Part shown: positions 9,242-17,608 of the stretch, one piece after another
How the letters are laid out: each line of letters starts with the position of its first letter
Numbering within the stretch: the first letter of the stretch is position 1
Virus record (IMG/VR): IMGVR_UViG_3300030106_004677
Coordinates: 1 to 55,489 of that record
DNA from: a virus
Lineage: Duplodnaviria; Caudoviricetes
Length of the DNA stretch: 55,489 bases
Reading direction: 5' to 3' (one strand)
Made by a program: the position numbers and the translations under genes
Notes under the pieces: model-generated
Databases searched by the model: none
What the model was told of the DNA's origin: nothing
What the model saw: the letters and a program-made list of their open reading frames with translations, nothing else

Positions 9242-9278
9242 GGGGTCCGTTCCTTTATGTTGGTTAAATCCAAATATC

Positions 9279-9722
9279 TGACTCGCTTGTCATGAATGGA
9301 TGCCTCCCTCCAAATGGCTCGCTTGCAGAGGTTGAATAAATCGCTGCTAGTGGCTCGTTTCGCGGCGATGGGTAACTAGATTAGTTTGACTCGCTTGATG
9401 CGCTTGGGTGGCCTTCTTCATGCGGCTCGTTAATTGATCATGGGGTGACTTATTACCCTCGACTCGCTTTTATGGTTTGGGTGATTACGTCCGTCTGACT
9501 CGTTTCAACACTTTGGGTGACTCTATATCCTGTGACTCGCTGCATAGCGGTGGGTGACTAAACTCCCATGACTCGTTCTTTCTAAGATGGGTGACTTTTC
9601 TTTTATGACTCGTTTCGTGGATCTGGGTGAATTTCCTACCTAGGCTCGTTCACTTTGATTGAGTGATTTTCTCTAACTGACTCGTTTGATTCTTTTGGGT
9701 GACTTAGATCGGGCGGCTTAAT
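9279..9722 (-). ncRNA. TIGR-like dual-repeat guide RNA array (12 units of 36-37 nt)
   Basis: Plus-strand repeat TG(A/G)CTCG(C/T)T at 9279, 9315, 9351, 9387, 9423, 9460, 9496, 9533, 9569, 9606, 9642, 9678 and degenerate at 9714. It alternates with a TGGGTGACT-type repeat, each separated by unique 9-10-nt spacers. Begins 3 nt after the stop of the Nop-fold gene; one more degenerate unit at 9243-9278. Confidence 0.9.
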
Positions 9723-9725
9723 CCA

Positions 9726-10598
9726 TCACGCAACCTTGTGCACAATACCCAGCTTAGCCTCCGAATACTCCGGGGCCACCGGGAGTCCCTCAAGCTCACG
9801 CCACACCTTGTACAGATCGGTCAAAAACCGCTTGACCATGTACCGAACCGCCATGTTATGGATGTGGCCTTTGCTCTTCTCCGCGTGAGCCGGCATGTGC
9901 TGCAACCGATGCTTGTAGTTGTCGTACACCTCGCGATAGGGGCCGCCGGACTTAATGAACGATGAGCCCAATACCCCAACCAACTTCGTTTTCACAAAAG
10001 GATTGAAGGAAATCCCCTTCTTGGTCTGCTCGTTGCCCTCCGCATCGACGTAGGTTTGGTCAACGAGGTGTTCTTTCTGACGCGATCGGCCCTTGCCATT
10101 AACCACGTCCAGCCCGGCATAGGCATGAAGTGAAGACGGGTACTGAGCCTTATGGATGTCGAACTGGCTGATGATCACGGCCGACATCATCGGGCCACAA
10201 CCCTTCACGTCCTCAAGGAACTCGGTGTAGATGGGGAAGGCCCGGACGGCGTACTTCAGATGCCTCTCCGCATCCTCTTCGCTCTCGACCAAAGCGTTGT
10301 ACATCTCGATCAACGCCAGCTCACTGAACGTAGAGATATGGCCATGCTGCTTGAAGCTGCGGGGTGTCAGGTTGGCAACCCCGTCAGTGATCCGCTCATA
10401 AGAGGATCTCAGGTCAGCCAACAGCAGCTTCGCATCTATCTCCAAAACCTCCTCGGACTCGCCGGGATTTTGGCCGATTTTTTCTTTGAAATTAGCAACG
10501 ATCGCGTTGCCGATCTTGATCCGACTGGACTGAATCGTATACAGGCCGTTGACGGCACTCTTCAGAATTTGGCTTTCGACATTCATGCTCTGCTCCAT
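9726..10598 (-). CDS. tasA: TIGR-associated Nop-domain RNA-binding protein lacking a nuclease domain (TasA-like; IS110/IS116-related fold)
   Basis: Coiled-coil N-terminus, then DVKGCGPMMSAVIISQFD...SSLHAYAGL...FNPFVKTKL...HIHNMAVRYMVKRFL as in the IS110 C-terminal/Nop domain. No RuvC/DEDD or HNH motif and no IS110 catalytic SG motif; adjacent to the dual-repeat array. Confidence 0.82.
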   Translation of the reverse strand: MEQSMNVESQILKSAVNGLYTIQSSRIKIGNAIVANFKEKIGQNPGESEEVLEIDAKLLLADLRSSYERITDGVANLTPRSFKQHGHISTFSELALIEMYNALVESEEDAERHLKYAVRAFPIYTEFLEDVKGCGPMMSAVIISQFDIHKAQYPSSLHAYAGLDVVNGKGRSRQKEHLVDQTYVDAEGNEQTKKGISFNPFVKTKLVGVLGSSFIKSGGPYREVYDNYKHRLQHMPAHAEKSKGHIHNMAVRYMVKRFLTDLYKVWRELEGLPVAPEYSEAKLGIVHKVA

Positions 10599-10653
10599 GA
10601 TTGTAAGTGTCTCTACGGGTTAGCCCCCGACCCGAAGGCCGAGGGCGGTGGGG

Positions 10654-11253
10654 TTAGCTGGCCTCGAGCAGCCGTTCATACTCAGCCAGACGCTTTCGCG
10701 CCTCACGCCGTCCGTATGCGACGTTGTCCGCAAACGGGTCTCGATCCCCAGCAATGCAGTCCGGCGGGTAGACGTAGATTTTGGGGTAATCGTCGTCGTA
10801 CAGGTCGCAGTCGATACGGGCGGCCCAGTCCTCAATGGACTCTTGGCGGCGGCGAGACCTCTTCGGCTTCGCCTCCACAACAGGCAGCGCCACGGTGATC
10901 GGCAGATACTTCTCGCGGATCAACAGGGCACCGTCCCGCTCCAGCTCTAAATGGCGGGCACTATGAGGCTTGTAACCGAGACGGCGACCCACGTAGTGAG
11001 AAAACAGGTGGTTCAGGTCTTCCCAGCCCTTCTCGGGATTGATTATCAGCTCACCGCGCCGAACCCAAGAATAGCGATTGCCGCTGGTCTTCTTGACCGA
11101 ATTCCACGGCACCCTCTTAGTGCTGGCATGGCGACGCCAGTACGCGACGGCGTACTGCTCCCCGTGCTTCACAGTCAGCGTTCGATCCTCGGCGGGAGAC
11201 ACACCGTCCCACGCCTTGCCCATGATCCGCTCGTAGTCGTCCGATAGGCTCAT
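10654..11253 (-). CDS. Hypothetical protein, first gene after promoter copy 2
   Basis: Start MSLSDDYER with RBS AAGGAG; His-containing segments LNHLFSH and HSARH hint at metal binding. Confidence 0.7.
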   Translation of the reverse strand: MSLSDDYERIMGKAWDGVSPAEDRTLTVKHGEQYAVAYWRRHASTKRVPWNSVKKTSGNRYSWVRRGELIINPEKGWEDLNHLFSHYVGRRLGYKPHSARHLELERDGALLIREKYLPITVALPVVEAKPKRSRRRQESIEDWAARIDCDLYDDDYPKIYVYPPDCIAGDRDPFADNVAYGRREARKRLAEYERLLEAS

Positions 11254-11316
11254 TTCTCTCTCCTTGTGATGTTTCATGTGGAACACCGGCCGGCACATCC
11301 GACAGGTGCTTTGCAC

Positions 11317-11372
11317 ATCTTAGGGGATGCCGTGTCGTTGTGCAAGTCTTTGCACAGCAATAATTGCAAATA
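11317..11372 (-). promoter_or_regulatory. Shared promoter/operator, copy 2 (upstream of the Tas/TIGR locus)
   Basis: TTGCAC-17 nt (GACACGG)-TAAGAT; palindrome GTGCAA-N4-TTGCAC; upstream TATTTGCAATTATT. Confidence 0.78.
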
Positions 11373-11715
11373 GTTGAAAAAATCAGGGGCTCGAGGCGTG
11401 GTAAAGTTACCGAGTCGGCTGCCTATGGCCGACATGCCAGCTCCTACGCTACCCCGCAGCACAAGCTGGCAGCCCGGGGCGCCGGGGAATACGATTGCCC
11501 TGTTCCAACCCAGAGCAATCCCGGCGCCCCGTTTCTCTCCCCCGGCGTCTAGAAAAGGGCCGTTGTAATTTTTGGGGGATTGAGTGCGCCAAACTCAGCT
11601 ATAGCTACACGCGATCGCCGCGTCGCCTCTAGGGGGGTGCCCACCCTCCCCACCTAGTCGCCGTACAGCTCGATTTTCCAGACCCATAGAGACCCATTGC
11701 TTAGGTCGCAACGCC

Positions 11716-11745
11716 GCTCAGAGGCGCTCAGAGGCGCTCAGAGGC
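11716..11745. repeat. 3 x 10-bp direct repeat GCTCAGAGGC
   Basis: Exact tandem copies in non-coding DNA. Confidence 0.85.
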
Positions 11746-11941
11746 TGCGTTTGACCCTCTGACTGGCCCCGTGAGCACGGGGGAGCGGCTCTGGGCGCCC
11801 AAATCATGACAAAAACGATCGGGAAAGCCCGATTCATGCCTTTTTGGCGCCAATTCGGCCTTTTTTTGAGATTTTCAGGCCCCCAAAGAAAGAGACCCTC
11901 TCTTTCCGATTCCCAGCGCACCTAACGCCGTCTACCGCTGC

Positions 11942-11971
11942 CTCAGAGCAACTCAGAGCAACTCAGATCGA
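11942..11971. repeat. 10-bp-period repeat CTCAGAGCAA (2 exact copies, 1 degenerate)
   Basis: Directly after the terS stop; same CTCAGAG core as 11716-11745. Confidence 0.75.
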
Positions 11972-11984
11972 CTCCAGCAACAAC

Positions 11985-12518
11985 TCAGCGATCTTTAGGG
12001 CTCAGCTCTGCCTGCACACCGAGCAATTCATTGAGTCGAGCCTTAATATCGTCGCGATCCATGCGTTGCAGGTCGGCGTTGATGTTCAGGTTTTGCGAGC
12101 GATGGACAGTCAGGCCGGCAAGCTGGTTCAGCTCCTTCACCGCACTGACCGCGGCGTTGTAAGCGCCTGCCTCAAACGCTGTCTCGGCGATGTTCCAGAG
12201 CATCGATCCGGTCTTCTCCGGGGTGACCGCGTATTTCTCCCTCAGCTCGTCCTGCTTGATCCTGATCGCTCTCGTCACATTTGGGGCGTTGACCCCATTC
12301 AGGAGCTTGGTCGCACTCGCCGCTGGAAAGCTATAGCCAGCCTTCCTTGCGGCTTCGGTCTGGCCGCAGGCGCCCTCGGTGTAGAACCAGACGAACGCGG
12401 CCTGCATCTCAGTTAGGTCATGCTCTGGATCAGCCTCGAACTTGATTGGCACGTTGACCAGTTTGGGATGCTCCTTCTTTGGCCGACCGCGCTGCTTTTT
12501 TTGTGCTGCCTCGCCCAC
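11985..12518 (-). CDS. terS: Terminase small subunit
   Basis: N-terminal HTH LTEMQAAFVWFY...GQTEAARKAGYS...ATKLL and AAVSAVKELNQLAGL, typical of TerS. Confidence 0.8.
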   Translation of the reverse strand: MGEAAQKKQRGRPKKEHPKLVNVPIKFEADPEHDLTEMQAAFVWFYTEGACGQTEAARKAGYSFPAASATKLLNGVNAPNVTRAIRIKQDELREKYAVTPEKTGSMLWNIAETAFEAGAYNAAVSAVKELNQLAGLTVHRSQNLNINADLQRMDRDDIKARLNELLGVQAELSPKDR

Positions 12519-12576
12519 GGGCTCGCTCCTGAGTTAACCGACAGGGCAATCATACGCCGGAAGCGACAAAAATCAG

Positions 12577-12830
12577 AGGGGGGTAGCAGGGGGGGTAGAG
12601 TGAGGGGTTTCCTAGGAAGGCTAAATAGGAGGGTATATAGGGGCTATATACCCTTTAAAAAATATATATATATAAATATATATTACTCTACCCCACCCTG
12701 CCCCCGTCTACACACCACGTAAAATGGGGGCTGCAGCGAATGGGGTAGTGGGGGGTGTGGGGTAGAGGTGATACCCCACCCTAGAAGCTGTCCCATGATT
12801 TATGGGGTGAGGGGGCAGGGAGTGGGGTAT
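12577..12830. other. Candidate replication origin
   Basis: Inverted repeat AGGGTATATAG/CTATATACCCT (12630-12654), a 32-bp pure A/T tract (12654-12685) and several GGGGTA(G) motifs in both orientations, next to the primase-helicase 3' end. Confidence 0.5.
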
Positions 12831-14961
12831 AATCCACGTCCCAAAGCTTCTTGCCGTGGGACTTCCGGGGTCGCATGCCCTTCTCGTGCAAGATCCGACT
12901 CGCTTCTTTGTAGTCGCCCATCCTCGGGTTGGCCACGCCGAGGTCGGCCAGTAGCTGCACCATCTGCACCGGCTTGGTGTTTGTGCCGTCAAAGTTCACC
13001 TGCTGCAGCAGCACGTCTTCCACCGCTGATTGGGTGCGCGAGACCTCGTTGCTGACCTGCAATCGCTCACGCTCATCTCCGTCGAGAAACCACGTTTGCT
13101 TGCCGGCCAGCACTTCGTCCCAGACCTCAGCCCAGACCTGCTGCATGTCGATGCCGTGGTCGAAGTTAATGCGGTTGACCCTGACCACCCAGAACCTTCT
13201 GTTGCCGGTTGGATCGACCAAGAACTCACGCTCGTTGACCGAGCCATAGAACGCCGTGCGTCGCTGGTACTTACTCCAAGCTCGGCCGTAGGGCAGGCGA
13301 ATCTCGTCCTTGCTCTTGGTCAGGAAGGCTTTGAGCTGATCAACGTCAGCCTTGCGGAACGTGCTGCCCAGCTCACCCAGTTCGACAATCCAATGGGAGA
13401 CGCACACCTTGACCGAATCTTTGTCGCTCGGGTTCAGCGTCGCACCCTCCAACAACCAGCTCGGGTCAGGCGCCAGCTTCTTGAACCATTGGGTTTTGCC
13501 CAGCGCCTGTCGGCCCACGAGGATCAGCACGCCTTCTTGGTTGGCGCCCTCGGCACCGCAGGCAGCGGCCGCGCATCCGGCGAGCCACTTCCGCATCAGC
13601 AAGTCCTTGAGATCGTTGTCGTCTGAATCGATCGTGTTCAGCAGGTCGCCGACCCGGTGTTTGCCATCCCACGGCCGGCTCTCAATCCAGTCCTTGACCG
13701 GGTTGTGCTCCCGGGCGAGCAGGGGCAGGTTCTTTGCCAAGCGCGCTTCGCCGAGCGCGTCCTTTATGCAGAGGTTCTCGATGTGGCCGAACTCTGCGTC
13801 TTCGCGCAGGTCATTAATGAATGATTTACCCGGGATCGTGATCTCCATCTCCTTCTTAATCACGTTGTAGCGTATGTCGATCTCGTGTTTTTTCAGCAGC
13901 GCCTCGTAGTTCTCCTGCACCTGCAGGATGCGTCCGGTCGATGGACTGCGCTGGTACTCGACGGGCAGCGTGCTGGTTGCGCTCGGGATCAGCTCCCCCT
14001 CCAACAGGCCTTCGCTCGCCACGTCGTTGAAGTCCTGACCGACCTCGCCCGGCATCAGAATCTCAGCCTCGGCACCTGCTAGGCGCGCCGCGTTGGCGCC
14101 TTTTTCAGCCGCCTTCTGCCCGGCCCCGCTCTCATCGTTGTCGGCGACGAACACATGGGTCGCGTCTGGAAACCAGCCGGCGAAAAGCTTGGGCACTTCC
14201 GCCATGCCGCTTGTGTCGCCGGTGACGATCACGGGCTCGCTGTCGTTAATGTGTTCGTACCAGCTCGCACCGGTCGCATAGCCCTCGACGTAGTTGATTC
14301 GCTCGGGCGTAGTTCGCAGATGCTCTGCGCCAATCAGCGCGTAGGTAGATCGGCGCTTTGCGCCTTTGTGCCACCATTTGTCTTTGCCGTCCGGGCTGAT
14401 GTAGCTCAGCGTAACGATCTGCTTGGACTCGTCTCGGTAGGGCACCACCAGATAGCCGGCGAAGTCAGGGCCGCAGCTCTCCCTGAGCCCGTGCCCTTTT
14501 ACCTTCTTCAATGTCAGATATGGGTGGTCTGTGATGGGCTTGCACGAATCCCAGAAATCCCTGCAGGTTTGAGCAACCTCAGCCTGCTCGGCTGCCAATC
14601 GCTTGTGGTATTCGTCTCTCGCAACGCGAATCGCTTCGCGCTCTTTTTGTCGCTGAATCGGCGTGAGTGAGTCATGGCCATTGGGTCGCCAGCGCGCGAT
14701 CGGCTGGTCGCCCTCCCGCCAGTCAAACGCTGCGCCAAACGGATTCTCTTGGTCTAAAAACAGCAGATACCAGCCCTTCAGCTTTCTGCTATGTCCATTA
14801 GCTTCGCTGTAGGCCCGGCCCCTGCCGTGTTCGATCAGGCCCTCCTTGGGGTCAGGCTCAAGCCCATGTTCAGCGAGGAACGAAACAAAATCGTCTCGGG
14901 CGCTACCGCTCAATGGCTGACTAAAATTCTTGCTGGTGCCCTTCACATTTCTGATTTTCAT
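12781..14961 (-). CDS. Primase-helicase (TOPRIM plus VirE/VapE-type P-loop ATPase)
   Basis: YVEGYATG and FVADND (TOPRIM); Walker A GRQALGKT, WIVELGEL, LVDPTGNRRFW (VirE family). Confidence 0.9.
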   Translation of the reverse strand: MKIRNVKGTSKNFSQPLSGSARDDFVSFLAEHGLEPDPKEGLIEHGRGRAYSEANGHSRKLKGWYLLFLDQENPFGAAFDWREGDQPIARWRPNGHDSLTPIQRQKEREAIRVARDEYHKRLAAEQAEVAQTCRDFWDSCKPITDHPYLTLKKVKGHGLRESCGPDFAGYLVVPYRDESKQIVTLSYISPDGKDKWWHKGAKRRSTYALIGAEHLRTTPERINYVEGYATGASWYEHINDSEPVIVTGDTSGMAEVPKLFAGWFPDATHVFVADNDESGAGQKAAEKGANAARLAGAEAEILMPGEVGQDFNDVASEGLLEGELIPSATSTLPVEYQRSPSTGRILQVQENYEALLKKHEIDIRYNVIKKEMEITIPGKSFINDLREDAEFGHIENLCIKDALGEARLAKNLPLLAREHNPVKDWIESRPWDGKHRVGDLLNTIDSDDNDLKDLLMRKWLAGCAAAACGAEGANQEGVLILVGRQALGKTQWFKKLAPDPSWLLEGATLNPSDKDSVKVCVSHWIVELGELGSTFRKADVDQLKAFLTKSKDEIRLPYGRAWSKYQRRTAFYGSVNEREFLVDPTGNRRFWVVRVNRINFDHGIDMQQVWAEVWDEVLAGKQTWFLDGDERERLQVSNEVSRTQSAVEDVLLQQVNFDGTNTKPVQMVQLLADLGVANPRMGDYKEASRILHEKGMRPRKSHGKKLWDVDYTPLPAPSPHKSWDSF

Positions 14962-15036
14962 TCGTTCTTCTATTGCATGCTGGGAAGCGAGGTGTGTAAG
15001 ATAGTGCAACTTATTACACAAAGGCAAGAAACAATT

Positions 15037-15696
15037 ATGGCTTTAACGGCAAGTACAGGCGGCGGCGCCGCTTTTGAACAAGTCCCAGTCGGAACGCATA
15101 GCGCAGTTTGTTTCCGATTGGTTGACGGTGGGACCGTGATGGAGGAGTACGCCGGGGAGAGCAACAAGCGACACTCGGTCTTCATCTGGTGGGAACTTCC
15201 TGAAGCTTTGATGAGTGATGGCCGGCCGCTAACCATATTCCAAAAATACACTTTATCGCTACATGAGCAGGCTAAATTGCGTCAGCACCTGCAGGCGTGG
15301 CGCAACAAACCTTTCAGCGAAGAAGAGCTGGGCGGGTTTGATCTGACTAAAATTCTTGGCACAACCTGCGGCCTGCAAGTCGATTGGAATCAGACCAACA
15401 CTCGCACTACGGTTAAGGGTGTGTTTGCCGCGGAAGGGGGCGCCAAGCGCGTGGCGACGAAGAACGAGCAGCAGGTCTTCGACCTTGATGATTACTGCAA
15501 AGAGTTCTCTGGTCAGCAGGATGCCGAGAGCCAAAAGGCTTGCGACATCCTCGATGAACTGCCGCGCTTTATTCGTCAGCGCATCACCGGCGACGAGCAG
15601 GCTGGCATTGAGCCTTGCTTTGAGGTGCAGACCGCCGTGCAGATGGGGGGCGCGCCAAAAGCTGAGGACATCGGCGACGAGGACATTCCGTTTTGA
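15037..15696 (+). CDS. Phage single-stranded DNA-binding protein
   Basis: Start MALTAST; acidic C-terminal tail DEDIPF; divergent from the primase-helicase. Confidence 0.75.
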   Translation: MALTASTGGGAAFEQVPVGTHSAVCFRLVDGGTVMEEYAGESNKRHSVFIWWELPEALMSDGRPLTIFQKYTLSLHEQAKLRQHLQAWRNKPFSEEELGGFDLTKILGTTCGLQVDWNQTNTRTTVKGVFAAEGGAKRVATKNEQQVFDLDDYCKEFSGQQDAESQKACDILDELPRFIRQRITGDEQAGIEPCFEVQTAVQMGGAPKAEDIGDEDIPF

Positions 15697-15917
15697 GTGA
15701 TCCGGTAAATCACCCCGCTCACTATACGGGCGGGTCCATCGAATGCATCGACGCGATTGAGGCGGCAGTTGCGAGTCTCCCGGGACCGCAGGCCGTCTCG
15801 ACCGGCGCTGCAATCAAGTACCTGTGGCGATGGAAGGCTAAGGGGGGCGTGGAAGACCTACGCAAAGCCCGCTGGTACATCGACCATTTGATTGAAAACG
15901 AGGTGGGGAAGGAATGA
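15693..15917 (+). CDS. DUF3310-like phage protein
   Basis: DPVNHPAHY...IECIDAI...KYLWRWKAKGGVEDLRKARWY signature. Confidence 0.85.
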   Translation: MSDPVNHPAHYTGGSIECIDAIEAAVASLPGPQAVSTGAAIKYLWRWKAKGGVEDLRKARWYIDHLIENEVGKE

Positions 15918-16048
15918 TTTCATTCAAAGAGCTGAAGGAGGACGTGCTGCATTTTCTCCAGTGGGCGTCGGTCAGCCGATACACGTGGTGGAGCATGGTC
16001 CTGTCATTTGTTGCGGGTTACGTAATGGGGTCAATTCTTGGATTTTAA
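15914..16048 (+). CDS. Small membrane protein (44 aa)
   Basis: Hand-translated MISFKELKED...WWSMVLSFVAGYVMGSILGF; ATGA overlap with the previous gene. Confidence 0.55.
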   Translation: MISFKELKEDVLHFLQWASVSRYTWWSMVLSFVAGYVMGSILGF

Positions 16049-16817
16049 GCCGGGGGTATACGAGGGGCTCGACTACGAGACCTATGCATCGATCGAGGCT
16101 TGGAGGTCGCATGACCTGACGAGCTTGATAAGGTGCGGGTTTACGTGGAAGAACGAGTCTCCGGTGAAGGAGACTCCTGCCCTGATGGAAGGTCGGGTTC
16201 AGCACACTGTGTTTTTAGAACACCACAAGTTTGCAGAAGAGTTTGCGATCGAGCCCAACGTGGACCGACGGACGAAAGTCGGTAAGGCGGAGTACGCAGA
16301 CTGGAAGGAAACTTTGAACGGTCGATCACCAATTAAGCAGGGCATGTATGACATTTGCATGGAGCGACGCGAGGTGGTTAAGCGGTTTATTCCGGGGCCT
16401 AACGACCGGGCTGAGATGACCGTTTGTTTCATCTGGCACGGCGAGCCATGCAAGGCTAGGTTCGACTGGCACACGGGCACTGACGTTTGGGATTTGAAGA
16501 CCTGTCGTGACGCATCGCCGCGCGGGTTTAAGACTGCGATCAACTCGTTCAGGTATTACCAGCAGGCTGCGTTTTATCTGGCGGCTGCTCGCCATTCAGG
16601 TTTGCGAGCTGACCGGTTTATGTTTCTTGCACAGGAGAAGGCGCACCCATTTGCCTACGCCGTGTATACGCTAAGCCCGGAGGCAATCCACTACGGTGAT
16701 GTCCGCAACGAGCAGGCGCTGGCGCTGGGGAAACAAATTGTCTCCGGTGCAGTTGAGCCTCAGCCATTCAATGGAGACGGCGAGATGGTCGAGTTTGACG
16801 CGGACGATTTGTGGTGA
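16038..16817 (+). CDS. RecE/exonuclease VIII-like PD-(D/E)XK nuclease
   Basis: GRVQHTVFLE, CKARFDW, WDLKT and YYQQAAFY motifs. Confidence 0.85.
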   Translation: MDFKPGVYEGLDYETYASIEAWRSHDLTSLIRCGFTWKNESPVKETPALMEGRVQHTVFLEHHKFAEEFAIEPNVDRRTKVGKAEYADWKETLNGRSPIKQGMYDICMERREVVKRFIPGPNDRAEMTVCFIWHGEPCKARFDWHTGTDVWDLKTCRDASPRGFKTAINSFRYYQQAAFYLAAARHSGLRADRFMFLAQEKAHPFAYAVYTLSPEAIHYGDVRNEQALALGKQIVSGAVEPQPFNGDGEMVEFDADDLW

Positions 16818-17035
16818 GCCTGCGATCGATGATGACCCCGGAGGAGTTAGCTCGCGAGCAAGAGTGGGCTGACGACATCAAATACCACGCCGCCCGATAT
16901 GTTTGGCTGAAGCGCCGGCAGCGCACGTCTGACGGCAGGATGAGCTGGGCGCAGTGGTTTGAAAAAAAGTTCGGCGAGCCGCTGAACGATTACGCAAAGC
17001 GCATGGCTGAGAAAAAGACGCATGGAAAAGCATGA
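16811..17035 (+). CDS. Hypothetical protein
   Basis: ORF overlapping the exonuclease stop; exact start uncertain. Confidence 0.6.
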   Translation: MVSLRSMMTPEELAREQEWADDIKYHAARYVWLKRRQRTSDGRMSWAQWFEKKFGEPLNDYAKRMAEKKTHGKA

Positions 17036-17390
17036 ATTTGACTCAGAGACGCGGCAGATCGTGCTCAATGTTTGTTCAGGGATTCCGCGTCGCGGAAGGC
17101 CAATAGACCTGTACGAAGTTTTGCCAAGGGAGCGAAAAAACCTGATGCCTTGGCTGAAGGGTCATCGGTGGTTGCAGGATAGCGAATCTTGTTTGGCGCT
17201 CGTGCAGCATTGCCCTAACGATACTGCGGTGCTCAGCGATTTAGGATGGGACGGTATATCGCAACGCTTGCGGTCGCGCCCGGGCTCCCGATTGGTGTCT
17301 GGGTTTTTGTTTCTCGCCGCGCTGCATGCGTGGCTGGACCTGATTATGGATCGGGTTGACGGAATGCTGTCTACTAATCGCTACGGATAA
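17022..17390 (+). CDS. Hypothetical protein
   Basis: Continues the plus-strand run of genes; no recognisable motif. Confidence 0.45.
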   Translation: MEKHEFDSETRQIVLNVCSGIPRRGRPIDLYEVLPRERKNLMPWLKGHRWLQDSESCLALVQHCPNDTAVLSDLGWDGISQRLRSRPGSRLVSGFLFLAALHAWLDLIMDRVDGMLSTNRYG

Positions 17391-17589
17391 ACGGCTGCAT
17401 CCAGTGCCGGAAGGCGCAGGCCTTGCAGTCGTCCGAGAAAACTTCCCCGCAGTCGAGACACTTGGGCCGATCCACACAATCTTCGTAGCCTGTCCCTAAA
17501 CAAGCCGGGCAGTCCTCGTGGTCCATGAACCGGGACCACCCAGACCCCTTGCACTCGGGGCAATCGACGCCGAAATCAACCTCGTCCAT
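17374..17589 (-). CDS. Small Cys-rich Zn-binding protein
   Basis: CPECKGSG and CPACLGTG (DnaJ-like CxxCxGxG) plus CLDC and CKAC; RBS GGAGG before MDEVDF. Confidence 0.65.
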   Translation of the reverse strand: MDEVDFGVDCPECKGSGWSRFMDHEDCPACLGTGYEDCVDRPKCLDCGEVFSDDCKACAFRHWMQPFIRSD

Positions 17590-17608
17590 CTCTCCCTCCA
17601 GAATGAAA

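Noticed and set aside
9279-9722. CRISPR array
   Set aside because: Repeats are only 9 nt and of two alternating kinds, spacers are 9-10 nt, and there are no cas genes.
9279-9722. Protein-coding 12-aa repeat
   Set aside because: Interspersed 37-nt units break the frame and the ORF track shows no ORF here.
9726-10598. Active IS110/IS116 transposase or insertion sequence
   Set aside because: No N-terminal DEDD RuvC domain or catalytic SG motif and no IS context; the adjacent RNA is a multi-unit array, not a single bridge RNA.
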